Source: Chara braunii
Taxonomy: Eukaryota; Plantae; Charophyceae
Direction: 5' to 3'
Length of the DNA: 64,000 bases
Assembly: GCA_003427395.1 (NCBI GenBank)
Contig: BFEA01000008.1
Location: 6,723,808 to 6,787,807, forward strand
Every line of letters starts with the position of its first letter. The first letter of the stretch is position 1. Made by a program: the position numbers and the translations under genes. A model generated the notes under the pieces. The model was not told the DNA's origin and made no database searches. It was given only the letters and a program-made list of their open reading frames with translations. Shown piece after piece: positions 51,325 to 64,000 of this stretch.

Positions 51325-52931
51325 TCAGTCGTCGAGGCGTCGAGGGCGTCGACGAGTGCACTGTGGACATGCGAAGACGTCCGTTTGCTGCTGAAGAACG
51401 GTCTTAGAGGGAGAATGTTCGTCCTCAACAATCTCCTCAGCTGGAGGAAGAGGAAGAGGGTCAATCAGCTGAGTAGGAGCAGATGTCTCAGCACGGCGAG
51501 CATGATCATATGCACGCACCAGCATTCGGGCGTGCTCCAAGTGCTCGAGGGGTTCCCAAGTAGCCACCTCATCAGGATAGCCCTTTCAACGCACAAAGTA
51601 CTTGATGTGTGGAGGGGTATTATCGGTAACTCGGCGAGATACGATGTCGGAAAAACAACGAACTTCTCATGATTGTCCACCATGATAGGTGGAGGGCGCT
51701 CATAAGGACGTCTGACGAAGCACCCAGATGGTGTGCGATAAGGACACAATAAGGAGATGTGGTAAACATCGTGTATGCGAGTCTCTCGAAGGTAATCAGG
51801 TAGCTTCACACGGAAGTTGACCGGACTAGCGGCAATATCAGAACCGATGGCCTGAAGGATGCGGCATGGACCGAAGAAGCGATGCTTGAACTCACAAAGC
51901 GTATCCGCTTCAAGCTGCAAGTGGTGTGCGTTGACGAGCACATCGTCACCGACTTTGAACGGATGATCCATTCGTTATCGGTTCGCTTATGCAGCCATGC
52001 GAGTCTGGGAGTCGGTTAGACTCTTGTGTGCGTACTTCATAATCGCCGCCATGATGTGGGCGATTCAGTCGTCAAGCGCAAGACAACGAGTCTCTAGGTG
52101 CAACCACGACGATCATAGGAAATCCGCGGGTATGCGAGGGTGGTAGTCGAGGTCGCAATAGAATGGCGACACCCTTGTGGCTGGTGAAACAGCATGGTTG
52201 TACGCGATCTCTGCGTGGGCTAAGTGTAAGTCCCACTGTTGGTCATCCCTAATAAACTTTCGGAGGATATTACCGAGAGTTTTATCGGTGACCTCAGTCT
52301 GACCATCCGTCTGAGGGTGGTAAGACGATGAGAAGTGGAGCTGAGATCCGTACACCTCATGTAGGCGTTGCCAGAATGTGTTGGTAAAGCGCGGGTCACA
52401 GTCGGAGATGATGCTCTCATGTAGGTCCTGATCTTTCACGACTTGATCGAAGACGATGTCGGCGACCTTACGAGCGCTAATGCGATAGCGGCATGGGACA
52501 AAACGTGCACGCTTCGTGAAGCGATCGACGACGACCAAGATAGCATCATGACCTCGCTTAGTGGGTGGAAGAAGGAGACCAACGAACTCTATGGAGATAG
52601 ACTGCCAACAACCCTCATGTATGGGTAGGGGATGAAGTAACCTATACGGAAGGTGGTTCGCACTGTTCACCTCCTCGCAGGTAGGACACTCCTCGATGTA
52701 GGCTTTGGCGAAGTCTTTGGACTTTGGCCAGAGGTATAGGCGGTAAACACGAACCAATGTCTTGTGGAAGCCCATATGGTCGACAACTGTCTGGTCATGG
52801 AACTCTGTTATGGCCTGGACGTAGAGCTCTCCAGTGGAGGCAACACAGGTACGTGGTTCTAGCGGACCAGATGTCATGCCAATACACGAGACCGTTCTCC
52901 CGGAGGGGATATGAAGAAACGGTCTTGCCAC
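51325..52931 (-). pseudogene. Integrase plus chromodomain
   Basis: H..GH..CPTC, VVVDRFTK, ISDCDPRF, FFGPC, HDVYHISLL, TWEPLEHL. Confidence 0.88.
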
Positions 52932-52999
52932 TCCGCACTGTCGCGTGGATTACGTGATAATCTGGGTAGTAGCGCTACTGAGTGCGGTATGTGTCGATC

Positions 53000-55795
53000 A
53001 CTGACTAATCAAAAGCGGTGATGGAGATGGCAGCAAGATGGATAAATTTCTTAGTGTGATCAGGACGGTGGGACAAGGCATTGGCGATGCGGTTCGTTTC
53101 ACCCTTGATGGGCTGAGTGGTGAAACTGAACTCAGATAAATCACCATCATGCCCGTCGAAGGGAAAGCTTGGGCTTTGTGAGGAAAGCCTAGAGAACGGA
53201 GTTGTCTGTGCACACAGTGAAGAGCGCCCCGTGGAGATAATGACGCCAATGTCGGATAACATAAACTACCACGAGAACCTCACATTCATCGAAAGTGTAG
53301 TTTATCTCACCAAAGGTTAACAGGGACCCCCACTCTTCAGCCCTAAAGTAACAACCCCAACCCTGAAAACTGCATTGATAATTTTTTTCCTTTTTTTTTT
53401 TTTTTTTGACCCTGTTTTATTTTTGGTCAACTTCTGTGTGTGCCAAGTTTGGTGTTTGTTGGGATTTTGGAGTTCACTGCTTTGGCCGGCCCCGAAAAAT
53501 CCTCAAAATCCTGAAAACTGAAAACTTAAGAGTGAATTTTGCATGAAAACGCCCTTTTGCTTTGGGGTTTAAGGCCCCATTGATAATTTTTTTTATTTTA
53601 TTTTTTGCTGTTGGTTTATTTAGTGTCCACTCTATGGACTGGTGACAAGTCTGGCGTAACAGGTATGGGACGTTTGTTATAATGACCCTGAAAAAATCCT
53701 GAAAATTTATGATTTTGTTAACCTTTTTTTATTTATGACGTTGTTAACCTCTTTTTTTTATCTCGGCAGGCAATAGCAAACGGAAGTAAAAAGCGATAGG
53801 GCAATCCCCAACACGAGCCTCGACAGTCCCATCCTCCGCAATGGTCGGGGAGTCAGTAACAAGAGGACTGTTAGTGGAGGGAAGTGGTGGGAGGATAAGC
53901 GTCGGTCGAGAAGAAATGTCGGCAGCAAGGGGGGGGGGAATGAGGAACATAGGGATAAGGCGAATCAGGAGGAGAGGGAAACACCTTAGAAAATACAACT
54001 TCTACTACAAAATCTGACGCATTAGACGTGAAAATGAAGGGACGGTGAAAATTGGGGACAGGAAGAACTGGCGTACAAGTCACCGTCTTCTTGAGGGCGC
54101 GAAAGGCATTCCGCAGAGAGGTGTTCAAAACCACGACGGGTTCTTCTTGAGGAGGGTGGAGGTAAGGACGTAGGAATACCAAGCGTATCCCTGGATGAAA
54201 TTACTATAGTAACTAGTCAGGCCTAGGAAACTGCGAAGCTAATTGGCGGATGTGGGGACGGACCACTCCGCAATAACAGTGATCTTCGCCTCGTTCATGC
54301 GGAGACTTTGGTCAGACACATGGTGTCCTAGGAAGTTCACTTTGCAATGGGCAAAGCGGCACTTACTGAGTTTGGCATATAAGTCATGCTTGCGTAAGCG
54401 CTGTAGGACATCGAGGAGGTGTCTGAGATGGTCTTCTACGGTACGACTGTAGACCAGGATATCGTCCAGATATACGATAACGTATTCTTTAAGGATGTCC
54501 TTGACGATATCGTTCATCGTCGTCTGGAAGGTGGCAGGTGCGTTGTTGAGGTCGAATGGCATCACCGTGAACTCGTAGTTGCCGAAGCACGACTGAACGG
54601 CGATCTTCGATTGGTCCTCTGCGGCACCGCTGATCTAGTGGTAACCGGTACAAAGATTGATCTTCGTGAAAAAAAGGTTGCCTGGCAGACGGTCAAACAA
54701 CTCATCCGCACGAGGCATGGGATAGTTGTTTATAACCGTGTAACGGTTAAGACCACGGTAGTCAATGCAGAGGCGAAGAGTTCCATCCTCTTTGCTCAGG
54801 TGCACACCAAGCGAAGTTACTGGGTTTAATGAAACCCAGTCGAAGGGGCTTCTCAAGCCGACGCTTGAGCTCCGTCGCCTCTGGAATGGAGAGTCGGTAA
54901 GATGCCTGATGGTGAATACGATAGTCAGGCACGACGAGCTGGAAAGGATGCTCAACACCGAGCATCGAAGGGATCCTGTTGTACGAGAAATACCGGGGAA
55001 AAACGTCGCGGTACTCTCGAATCAAATCGTAAACGGCGGGCTCTAAGTCGGTTGTGAACCGCGTGAGTTCCTCAATGTCTGCGTCGACACGAAACGTATG
55101 GGTGGACTCGACAGTGAACAGCGTAGGGACTTGGGATGTCGAAGGGGTATCCGCAGGCTGAGGGGTGGATGTAGAGATGAGAGCCGCGAAGATGGAGGAA
55201 GGGTTAGGAGGATCAGAATCCAATGAAATGAACTCATGAGGTGAGCAAACTGACGAGGAGAAGTGAAGGCGATGTCTGGGTGGGACCCAAAGGAACGGGG
55301 GTCCTAGTGAGGTAGGTCGGGAGAGGTGTCGCCCGTGGTTCCAATGAAGGGGACTCGATTTGTCTGACCACACTTCGTTTTGAGAACGAGTGTCTTGGTC
55401 GCCCATTCGGCCTCTGTGCCACAGAAGTAGCGAGACCAGGGAGTGCCAAGGATAAAGTTGTACCCAGTCTCAATCACGTCGAAGTATGCGGAGGAATGGT
55501 AGCGTCGAGGCGCCTTAGTAATATGCGATGGTTGTACGGTGAGGGAAAAGTGGAGGTCGGGGAGCGTATGATCATAGAAGCGTTGCGTCTTGTTATCTTC
55601 GAGGATAACGGAGGTAGGAGAGCGGGACCTGGAGATATGTAGACGACCTTTCTTAACCACGCGAGAGTGAATTAAGTCTCCATGCGAGCCGGAGTCCCAT
55701 AAAGCGCGGTACACCCTCATAGACGTCCTTAAGCGGATAGGAATGATGGGGATGGTGTGATCAAGGCCAAAGAGCAGAGTGACAAGACGACGCAT
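53000..55795 (-). pseudogene. Protease-RT-RNase H of the chromovirus
   Basis: ORFs 55304-55795, 54635-54958, 54239-54565 and 53871-54182 (FIFTSNASD); PIAFY..LLPAEINY; IANALSH. Confidence 0.88.
53309..53756. mobile_element. ~450-bp insertion with an 8-bp TSD (hAT/P-type MITE) in RNase H
   Basis: TSD TTTATCTC at 53301-08 and 53757-64; short TIR AGGTTAACA/TGTTAACCT. Removing it restores LLPAEINYTF. Confidence 0.75.
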
Positions 55796-58700
55796 GACGT
55801 TTACGTGTCTCGTGAGTTGGTCCTAACGAGAGTGAAGAATGCTCAAGTCCATGAGAGATGACACAACGTCATCACGAGTCGTCAACTGAGCACTACAATG
55901 ATCTGTGCGAATGGCGCAAGCGTCGGAAGTCTCAGAGGGGAAGGACTAAATGCGGTGGTCTGCAGTGGAGTAAGGGGTAACTCGACAGATGGCAGGGCAG
56001 AGGGAACTGCGTCTGTTGTGTCCTGAGGATCCTCTGGTGGGGTAGCCAAAGAGGCAAACCACGACTCGGTGGTCAGGAAGACGGCTATGTGTGAGGCCTC
56101 AACGGTGCACTGCACCGTAACTAGTTGGATGAGACTGGCTGGGCCGGGGCCGGTAGGGGACTAAGATCGGCGCTAGTGAGAAATGTCAGCATAGTGCCGA
56201 TTGAGGGCGGCATGGTCGCAACGAAGGTAGCTGCGACGGGTCTCGAGGGCACCACGTTCCTCGCGGGATAGAGCTCCGCGTGGAGGGACAAAACCTTGTG
56301 AGAGGTCTATCTGAGGGCCCGTGAACATGCGGGCACCCGCCTGTGCAACCCGAGTACGTGCACGACCCATGGCGGACATCACCATCTGCAAGCGCTCGGC
56401 CACTAGGGCAGTATCGTCATCCAAGTGGTACTGGATGATGTCCTAAAGCTCGATGTCCTCGGGGGCATCCCCAAAGGTAGGGTCGAGCTCGACTGAGGCG
56501 TCCTCGCCATACTCAAGAGAACTGTAGTGCCGAGAGAATGACGCTCCAGGTAGAGTTGGTCCGTGAACGCGGCCGACAAAAGAGGATCGACCATGAGTAG
56601 TGTCGTGTGACTGGGTGGCGGCGGGGGGGGATCACGGAGAAGATAGGGCGTCGAAGAAACAACTTTGCATCTTCTGGTACTGTCGAGCAGCCTCGTAGGC
56701 CGGCTCTAAGGAGGCGAAGTTTTGTTGCCAAAGCTCGATGCGGTAGTCAATCAGAAGACTGACGACAAACCTGTTGGTCAAAAGGACCTTAGGTAGTAGG
56801 AGTGCCTCATCACAAATGAGGCATGCGTCCTGAAACATTCGGATGCGACGCTCTGGGTCTGCTGGTGTGGAGGACCGCGTCACTGCATCTGTGTGACCCG
56901 ATCTAAAACATCGGTCGCATCGTGTAGAGTGTCATGGCAGTCATGAAGGAACGAGGTGAAATTCGCGAGACTGGGAGCCTCACCTGAGCGAGTACGATGA
57001 GTATAATAGTTCTTCTATGAAGAGAACGTGCTGCCTCGCAATTTAATTGCGAGCATAGAGCACCACAACTCCTAACTAGTGTTCGTCAGTGTGAGCACAC
57101 GTGTGGCAGCCTGCAACGAATGCAACACACGAAGTGTACCATCGTAGTCGGGTATATCCGACAGGCGCACAAGGGTGGCACTGCTGTGCGGACGGCGAGT
57201 GGAGAGAGGCTGATGGGTCTGCACTGCAACGACAAATGTCGGGGCCGGTGCAGGGGTGGAAATGGTGGCAGTCTGTGGGCCGCGGCTGCTGGTGGAAGGT
57301 CCAGCAGAGGTGGAGGCAACGGCCACAGCCAACTGTGATGGAGTGGCGAGGTAAAACGGTAGAGGGGGAGGACCCGGTCGAGGGAAACAAGCCGGCACGA
57401 CAAAGGTGGGAGGGGCGGTATAAGAAGAAGAAGGATGAGCAGCCTGTGAATGATGAGGCTGCCTCAGGGAGAAAATCTTCGCCTGGAGCTGTGCAACGGT
57501 GGCTTGTAAGGTAGCCACTTGCTAGATGCGCGGGATCAGAAGCAGAGTAGGCGGAGAGGGGACCCTATCAGGAGGAGGAGTAACGAACTGTAAGGAACCC
57601 TGAGGTGGGAGTGAGGAGATGACGGAAGGGCAAGGACTCCGGTCCGTAGTGTCGGGATCGAAGCGAAAAGCTGGTAAGCCATACCGGGATGAGTAAGTGA
57701 AACTGCCTAGCCAAATACCGGTATCTGTGCAGCAGCACCAACGATAGTGGCCGAAGCGCCAGGGCCCCACGGGTGTGCCGCAACAGATGGTATACTCTGA
57801 GTGGCAGTGACACTCACCACTTTGGAGGCGGAGTGTTGGGCCGGACCCGTGAGGGCGGACGAACCACCACGTCTCTGTGTCTAGAGTCGTGGGGAGCCGG
57901 AGTGCAAACGGTAGGGGATGGGGTGTGAGAGCGGTGAGGAGAACCCTTGAGGCAGTGAACTTCAAGGGCGAGCACATTTACTTGCCCCTCCAGGGGAGCA
58001 AGCACATCGAGTCGCGCTTGCAAAGGTGCAAGGAGGGACGGAAGAACAACTCGAAGGTCCGTGGGTCCACAGAGGTCTGACCCTGAACCATCGGGTGGGT
58101 GGGCGCCTGGAAGATGGAAGACGCCGCGACGATCTCCCCGGGTGTAGTCCCGTCCGTGGGCGGAGGACATATGGGGGTAGACATGGCAGGAGGTGGAAAA
58201 AAAGGTGGGAAAAGAGATGGGTTGTGGCGTGGGGACAAGGGATCACCGATGAGAGGGAGGGGACCGCGGGAGCGGACTGGGTAGTCATGAGTCGGCTCGC
58301 GCCGTGACCAGCGGGTCGCGCATGAGAGGGTGTAGCCAATCCGGTCGAGGGGAGAGGAGTCGTTCAGGTCCACGGTGCCCGAAGGGAGGAGGTGGGAAAG
58401 GAGGGGGGTTAGCAGAACCCTAAACACAAGAAAAACCCTAACAAGAGTTTGGGTGGTTAGGGTAGGGTAGCGACGACCTAATCAAGAAAATAAAATAACA
58501 ATCATGGAGGGGAGGGGAAAATAAAAATAAATAAACAGTGACATTCGAGATAAAAATTAAAAAAAATAACATAATTAAAATAATTTACAAAAGAAGTAAA
58601 AAAAATGTGAAAACAGAAAGAATATTTATTTTTTTGGAATTTTCGGCAGCACTTCCCTATCCCTAATGGGGTCAAAAATGTGCCAAGAGGAAGGGGAGAC

Positions 58701-58883
58701 CAAAAGAAGCACACTAAGTTTTAAAATGCCACAAATGATAATTTTTAAATAAATAAATAAATAAACTAGGTTACGGGGGCAGACGTCGGGGACCCCTCTG
58801 GATGTTCGACTTGTCTGGTCGGACAATTGGGGAGACGTCCTCCCGAGACAAGTATGTCCAACCCTCTATATATTTATATATAT

Positions 58884-58969
58884 CGTCACAAACAGAACTG
58901 CCCGGTAAACATTAGGCAAAGAAAGAGAAGAGGACAACAAACGAGGGGTTGTGACAAACTGTTTCGTCG
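58884..58969 (-). mobile_element. 5'-truncated copy of the hammerhead element, in a (TA)n tract
   Basis: Reverse complement CGACGAAACAGTTTGTCACAACCCCTCGTTTGTTGTCC...TTTACCGGGCAGTTCTGTTTGTGACG aligns to 46467-46550. Confidence 0.85.
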
Positions 58970-59833
58970 TTATATATATATATATATATGATCTTTTTGT
59001 TATAGGTTCTCCCTCACATGAGGTACATGCCACAAAAGCTTTGACTCATTTGAGCCCATAGAAAAAAAGGTAAATCACTAAAGATGTCTATGCCAATTTC
59101 AATCAAACACTTCTATCTTATGGGCGTTAATTTCAATCACACACCCCAACCCACCCCCCCAAGTCCCCCTTTCTCCATGTTCTGCAATTATTTTTTTTTT
59201 GCTCCAAATGAGCTGGATTTTTTTTTTATGGGGTCACCTCTTGTAGCGCAGCCTCTCCCCATTTTTTTTAATTTTTTTTTCACTTTTTTTAATGGAGAAA
59301 ATGAGCTGTCCAGGATTCCGGACAACTCTGCCCAAGTTGTCTGTCGAAGACGTCCGACCAGGACGTCTCCGAATCGGACAATTGGTAACCTAGTAAATAA
59401 ATAAAGAAATGAGGAGGTGGAGGAGAGTGATGATAAATTAAGTGTTGAATTTTTCAAAAAGTTCGGCAGCATTTCGCTACCCCCATGGGGTCGAAGTGTG
59501 GCGTAAAAAAAAATTGACTAAGTAAAATAGGAGAGAGTAGGGAGAAAAGAGAAAATTTCGGCAGCTCTTCATTACCCCCACGGGGTCAAAATGTGCGATG
59601 ATAGCCGAAATAGCTAAGTCTTAAACACATATAGAGGTGACGCAGAAAAAAAAATGGAATTTTCCTAGGCTACAAGAGTGGCCCGGGGTCACTTACCCGG
59701 CCGGGCTAAAAAAATATATATATATATTATTTTTAAAATTTAATTTTTATTCTAAAATTCGTGTAGAATTTCGATGTGACCCTGGGGCAAAAGTTGTTCA
59801 GTTTATCTCTCTGCATAACATAGTTTTTTTTTC

Positions 59834-59875
<42 letters not shown>

Positions 59876-60879
59876 AGGACCGTCCCTGGTCGTTACACGG
59901 CCTGGCCATCCGGGATCCGGGCAGCCCGGCTGGTAGCCTAGGAATTTAAAAAATAAATACAAATAAAAATAAAAATTATAAAATAAAGGAGAAAAATGAG
60001 AAAAAAAATAGGAGGATAATATAACTCAAACGTTTAAAGAAACGAGAAGAGTTAAATCAAAAAGAAGGAAAAAAAAANNNNNNNNNNNNNNNNNNNNNNN
60101 NNNAAAAAAAAAAAAAAAAAAAAATCAAGTTAGAGGTGAGGGAGAATGAAAAGGTGATGAAAAAAAGAGAGAGAGAAGGGAGAAAAGGGTCACCAGCCAG
60201 TACGTGCGGAGGTCCTGAGGCCAACCTCCGTATGTACGAGTGTTCGGGGTCTCGTTCGGGTCTGAACTTAAAGGCGTTCGGCCCTCGCCAAAAAAACATT
60301 CGGCGCCTAAAGATAAGTTTTTTTTTTTTAATATGTTTTTGTGCTTTCTCTATGATGTGATCTACATGCCTATAAATTTTGAAGTCATTTTGCAAATCAC
60401 CCTAAGCCAAACAAAAATTAAAAATCGCCAAAGATGGCGGTATCAAAACGTGCTCGCCCATTCACTATTTTTGTTTCTTCTTTATTTTTTTCTTTTTGTT
60501 TTCAACTTTTCACTTTATTGCGGGGCCTAAACAATTTTATTATTTTTTGAAACTTCTTTCATGAGTTTTGTATTATGTGAAGTAGACATCTGTAAATTTT
60601 CAGGGCATTTGGCAGTACAAAAAAAATTGAAAAATCCCAAAAAAGGTGGTGTCGAAAGCGTGCTCGCTCACTCATTAATTTAAATTTTCTTTTCATTTTT
60701 TCTTATTTTTATTATTAGTTCTACTTTCTGTATTGGATTTTTATTTCAAATTTGGTAAGGAATTTAGATGTAATGCTCAGACAAATGTTGTTTTATTATC
60801 TTCTTCATAACATAGTTTGTTCTCATATTTTTTTGAGTTTTTTTTTTTTTTTTTTTTTTTTTCCGCTTTCGGCCCGAAC

Positions 60880-63800
60880 GATTGAACGCTTTCCCAAGGG
60901 GTCCCGTACGTTCGGGCGTTCGGGTTTGGGCATTCGACCCGTTGTCAGGCGGCCGCAAGCAGTGCGCCGCCTGAAAGCTGCGGTTTTAGGACTTAGGCGC
61001 GAACACGAGTCTGAGTTTTGACGGTACTCTGGTTAGACCATGCGGCGGAGATTAGGGGACCTCGGGGCGCCCTTGATTTTGGGCGCGCTGGAACTTACGG
61101 GTAACCCTNAAAAATGGCAAGATGGGTGGTCGCACTCGGCACTACAACGGACCGTCATTCCCGGCCATTCGGAGGGTTANAACCGAATTGTCCTGCCGCG
61201 AGGNGGCATNGTGGGGACTAANCCCGCTGCGACGTTCTTTGCAGCGTATGATCGGGGTCAAAATAGCGCCTCAAAATTTNGTCATTTTTGGTATCTAAAT
61301 TAAAGATGGGAGAAGAAACTGAAATCAGTAGGAGGGAAGAAAAAAAAAACGTAATATTCCTTAATTTGCTTGTTTTTCGCAACATTTAAGTTTTGGGGGA
61401 AATACTCCGTTATTTTTATGTTTTCCGCCAATGGAATTGAAAACAAAGGAAAAGATTAAAAATGATAAAGGAGGAAAGGAACAAAGAATTTCAACAATTT
61501 AATTAAGACTTTCTCGGAATTTATTTTTGGTAGGTTTACAATTATTTTACTATTTCGGGTAATAGAGCTAAGAGAAAGGGGGGGAATGATTTAAAATGAT
61601 GGAACGAACAAGAACCGATGATTATTCGATGGTTGGCCTGATTTTGCTTGGATTTCCCACCGTCGGCTCTGAACTCTGATTAATCAATTTTCCCTGGATC
61701 CCAACCCTTTTTCGCCAACCCCTGATGATCAAGGTTTTCGTGCCACTTTCCCGATCCACCTGATTACTAACTTCACTGTGACAGTCCGAGGACGATCGCA
61801 TGGACAGCAGGGGAGGGGGTGGTGCCACCTTGGGTCGACTATAGTGTTTGGTTCGGTACGGATACGAGGGTTGTTACGGGGTGGCTACGTCCTACGGTGT
61901 CTGACGTGCTTCAGGTACGGTATGGGCCCGGTGACAGTTGTTTCACTACGGTGACTTATTTTCAGGCTTGGGACAACTGCGGTGATTTATTCTCGGGACC
62001 ACGGCTACTATGACAGTTATTCCAGGTTTGGAACCTTGGCGGAAATTTGTTTACAGGTCCGGAAACGTTGCGGCATTCTATATCAGGTTCGGGTCAGGTA
62101 CGGATTTATCATGGCATGGTTGTACGGGTTCGGCATCCGCGTGGCACAGCAGCCCGGTACTGGACTTCGGGTTTGGTAAGGTTCGGTGGCATGGCGGAGT
62201 TTCGTTTCAGGTTCGACGCCCTCACGGCGATTTATTTCAGGTTCGAGACCTCTGCGGTGATTTATTCTCAGGTCCGGGACCAGTGTGACGATTTATTTCA
62301 GGTTCGGAACCTCTGCGGTGATTTACTTTCAGGTCTCCGGCCACTGCAGCGGTATGTTTTTTAGATTCAAAAGCGGTGCGGCGGCCTATTTTCTGGTCCG
62401 AGGCCTCTACGATATATTAATCCAGGCTGGGAACCACTGAGACAATTTATTTCAGGTTCGGTTTGGGGTTGGCAACGACACGGTGCAAGCCATGGCAATC
62501 TGAGCGACTATAGGAGGATTGTCGTGAGTATTTTCTAGGCTCGGTGCAGTCCGAACTGGCTCGGGGCTGGTATGGAGTGGCAAGGTTGGCCAGCGAACAG
62601 GGCGGACATTCTTGACATTCGTACTGCGATGGTCTGATGTGATCCGCGGCGTACTGATTCGGCTCGACTGCAGCACTGGATCAGCATTCGGTTCTCTAAT
62701 TGGGAAGTTTGGTACGATCATAGATGACCCATCCGATTGTTTGAGCCCAGTATTCTGCGGCGGGCCCTAGTTCTCGGGTTTGACCGGTTGGTACGAATCT
62801 GGTACGGCAAGCAGTGAAATGGTTATGTTGGGTCCCCGATCGGGCTGTGAGTCTGGGCTATCTTGGTCCCCCTGCTGGGGTCGATTGCTCAGGCCATTTG
62901 CAGATCTGATGTTATGCCTACGGCGTTCCTGGGTGAAACCCCTCAAGCATGGGCATTTTGGCACTAATGCGGACCGAATTTCTGCCTTATCAACCCGTGC
63001 TCCTGCGCACGTAAGTNTGTAGCAGCAATAAGTCGGTGTACCTGGGTCACATCGTGGGGAGATACAGGCGGGGCCAGCGGTCCGAATACACGGTGGCTCG
63101 ACTCGCCAGACGGTTAAAGGAAGCGGGGCGGGAGCCACGAATGGAGACGAGAAGGAAGTGTTGGGTCGGGGAACGGAGGATATAGGAGGGGACCGGGCCT
63201 TGTGTGGGGGATCGCATGCCAGGCGTACCCAGCGCACAGATGTTGCGGACTGCGAAGAACCAGGAGAGGGCTGGCGCTCAGGCGGATACACCACGAGAGA
63301 GGAGAAAGTCTCTCGGACATGCCGGGCGTAGTGGGTCAGAAGGGCAGTTGAGTCGAGACAAGCGAACGGTGCGCGCGGCGTGCACAGCCTCCATCGCTAT
63401 CGGATACAGACGGAGTTAACGCCCTCGGAGTGAGCGAGCTGGGACAGGCGGACGCGCACGAGCTAGAGACAAGGGGGGGGGTGCGTCTGTATTGGGGAAT
63501 GTGCAAGGTGTGCCCGCGCGCAAGCACGGGTTGGAACGGGTGACGGAGAACAGGGAATCAGCTCAGTCGACTTCAAAGCTTGTTTACGGAGCAAGAAGGG
63601 GAGTGACAATTCAGACGGGGAACGATCCTTTGGTCATCGAAGCGAGATCGACATTTGCAGGGTGGACACCGCTCCCGACACAGTGCACGTTTGGACTGGA
63701 CCTGTTGGCGGACGTGTACCAGACGTACTAAAATTACTCGTGGCCCGGCTGCGCAGAGAGCGCCACAGTCGATGTTCGAAGTTAAGGGGGGGCTATTATG

Positions 63801-64000
63801 CGGGAGTGCGAGAGTGTGAACGAGAAAAGGTTGTCTGGATAATGAGCATTAATCTGGCCTTATAGGCAGAGAGAGTACATTCGAAGCTACAATACTTGAT
63901 ATGTTCGTTCCATCGCAAAGCAGCTGCGAGCATTAACCCGCCCTTGTAAGTGGGCAGGTACATGCAGAGTCACAGTACTTGATATGTTCGTTCCATCGCA
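60880..64000 (+). mobile_element. 3' non-coding region of a Gypsy element related to the one at 1-9993
   Basis: Colinear similarity to ~5640-8300 (for example caagcagtgcgccgcctgaaa and gggatcgcatgc..cccagcgc). No pol sequence immediately upstream. Confidence 0.8.
61900..62470 (+). repeat. ~30-bp tandem array (GGTGATTTATTTCAGGTTCGGAACCTCTGC-like)
   Basis: More than 12 diverged units visible. Confidence 0.85.

Larger units (their letters stand above)
50025..58430 (-). mobile_element. Decayed chromodomain-containing Gypsy (chromovirus-type) element; termini approximate
   Basis: On the minus strand: PR (LWDSGS), RT (LRLCIDYRGLN, MPFDLNNAPATF, YLDDILVYS), RH, INT (YHPQTDGQTE) and chromodomain (ATWEPLEHL). 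A probable LTR end ...GTCACA lies at 50025. Confidence 0.88.

Overview
Repeat-dense eukaryotic nuclear sequence with N-gaps. It is probably green-lineage, and a charophyte alga such as Chara is plausible; this is inferred from the plant-type U2, the tRNA-iMet PBS, a plastid-like atpB fragment and the element styles. Most of the window is nested, decayed transposons: a Ty3/Gypsy element with a long 3' non-coding tail (1-~10 kb) and a second related tail (60.9-64 kb); a minus-strand LTR-PBS-gag fragment (11-14.9 kb); an L1/Tx1-like LINE (23.5-34.1 kb) interrupted by a MULE-type MITE and a 2.4-kb TG..CA insertion; a Sola-like DDE transposase relic next to an array of GC-rich palindromes (39.5-44 kb); and a chromodomain Gypsy element on the minus strand (50-58.4 kb). 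Host-like sequences are a frameshifted, intronless F-box/LRR gene, a U2 snRNA copy lacking stem IIa and split by a Nextera junction-adaptor artefact, and a ~100-bp atpB fragment. The most striking observation is a ~213-bp non-coding element in a (TA)n microsatellite that carries a complete type III hammerhead ribozyme (46412-46493). A second, 5'-truncated copy with the same 3' end lies in another (TA)n tract. Together they suggest a microsatellite-targeting, ribozyme-bearing retroelement family.
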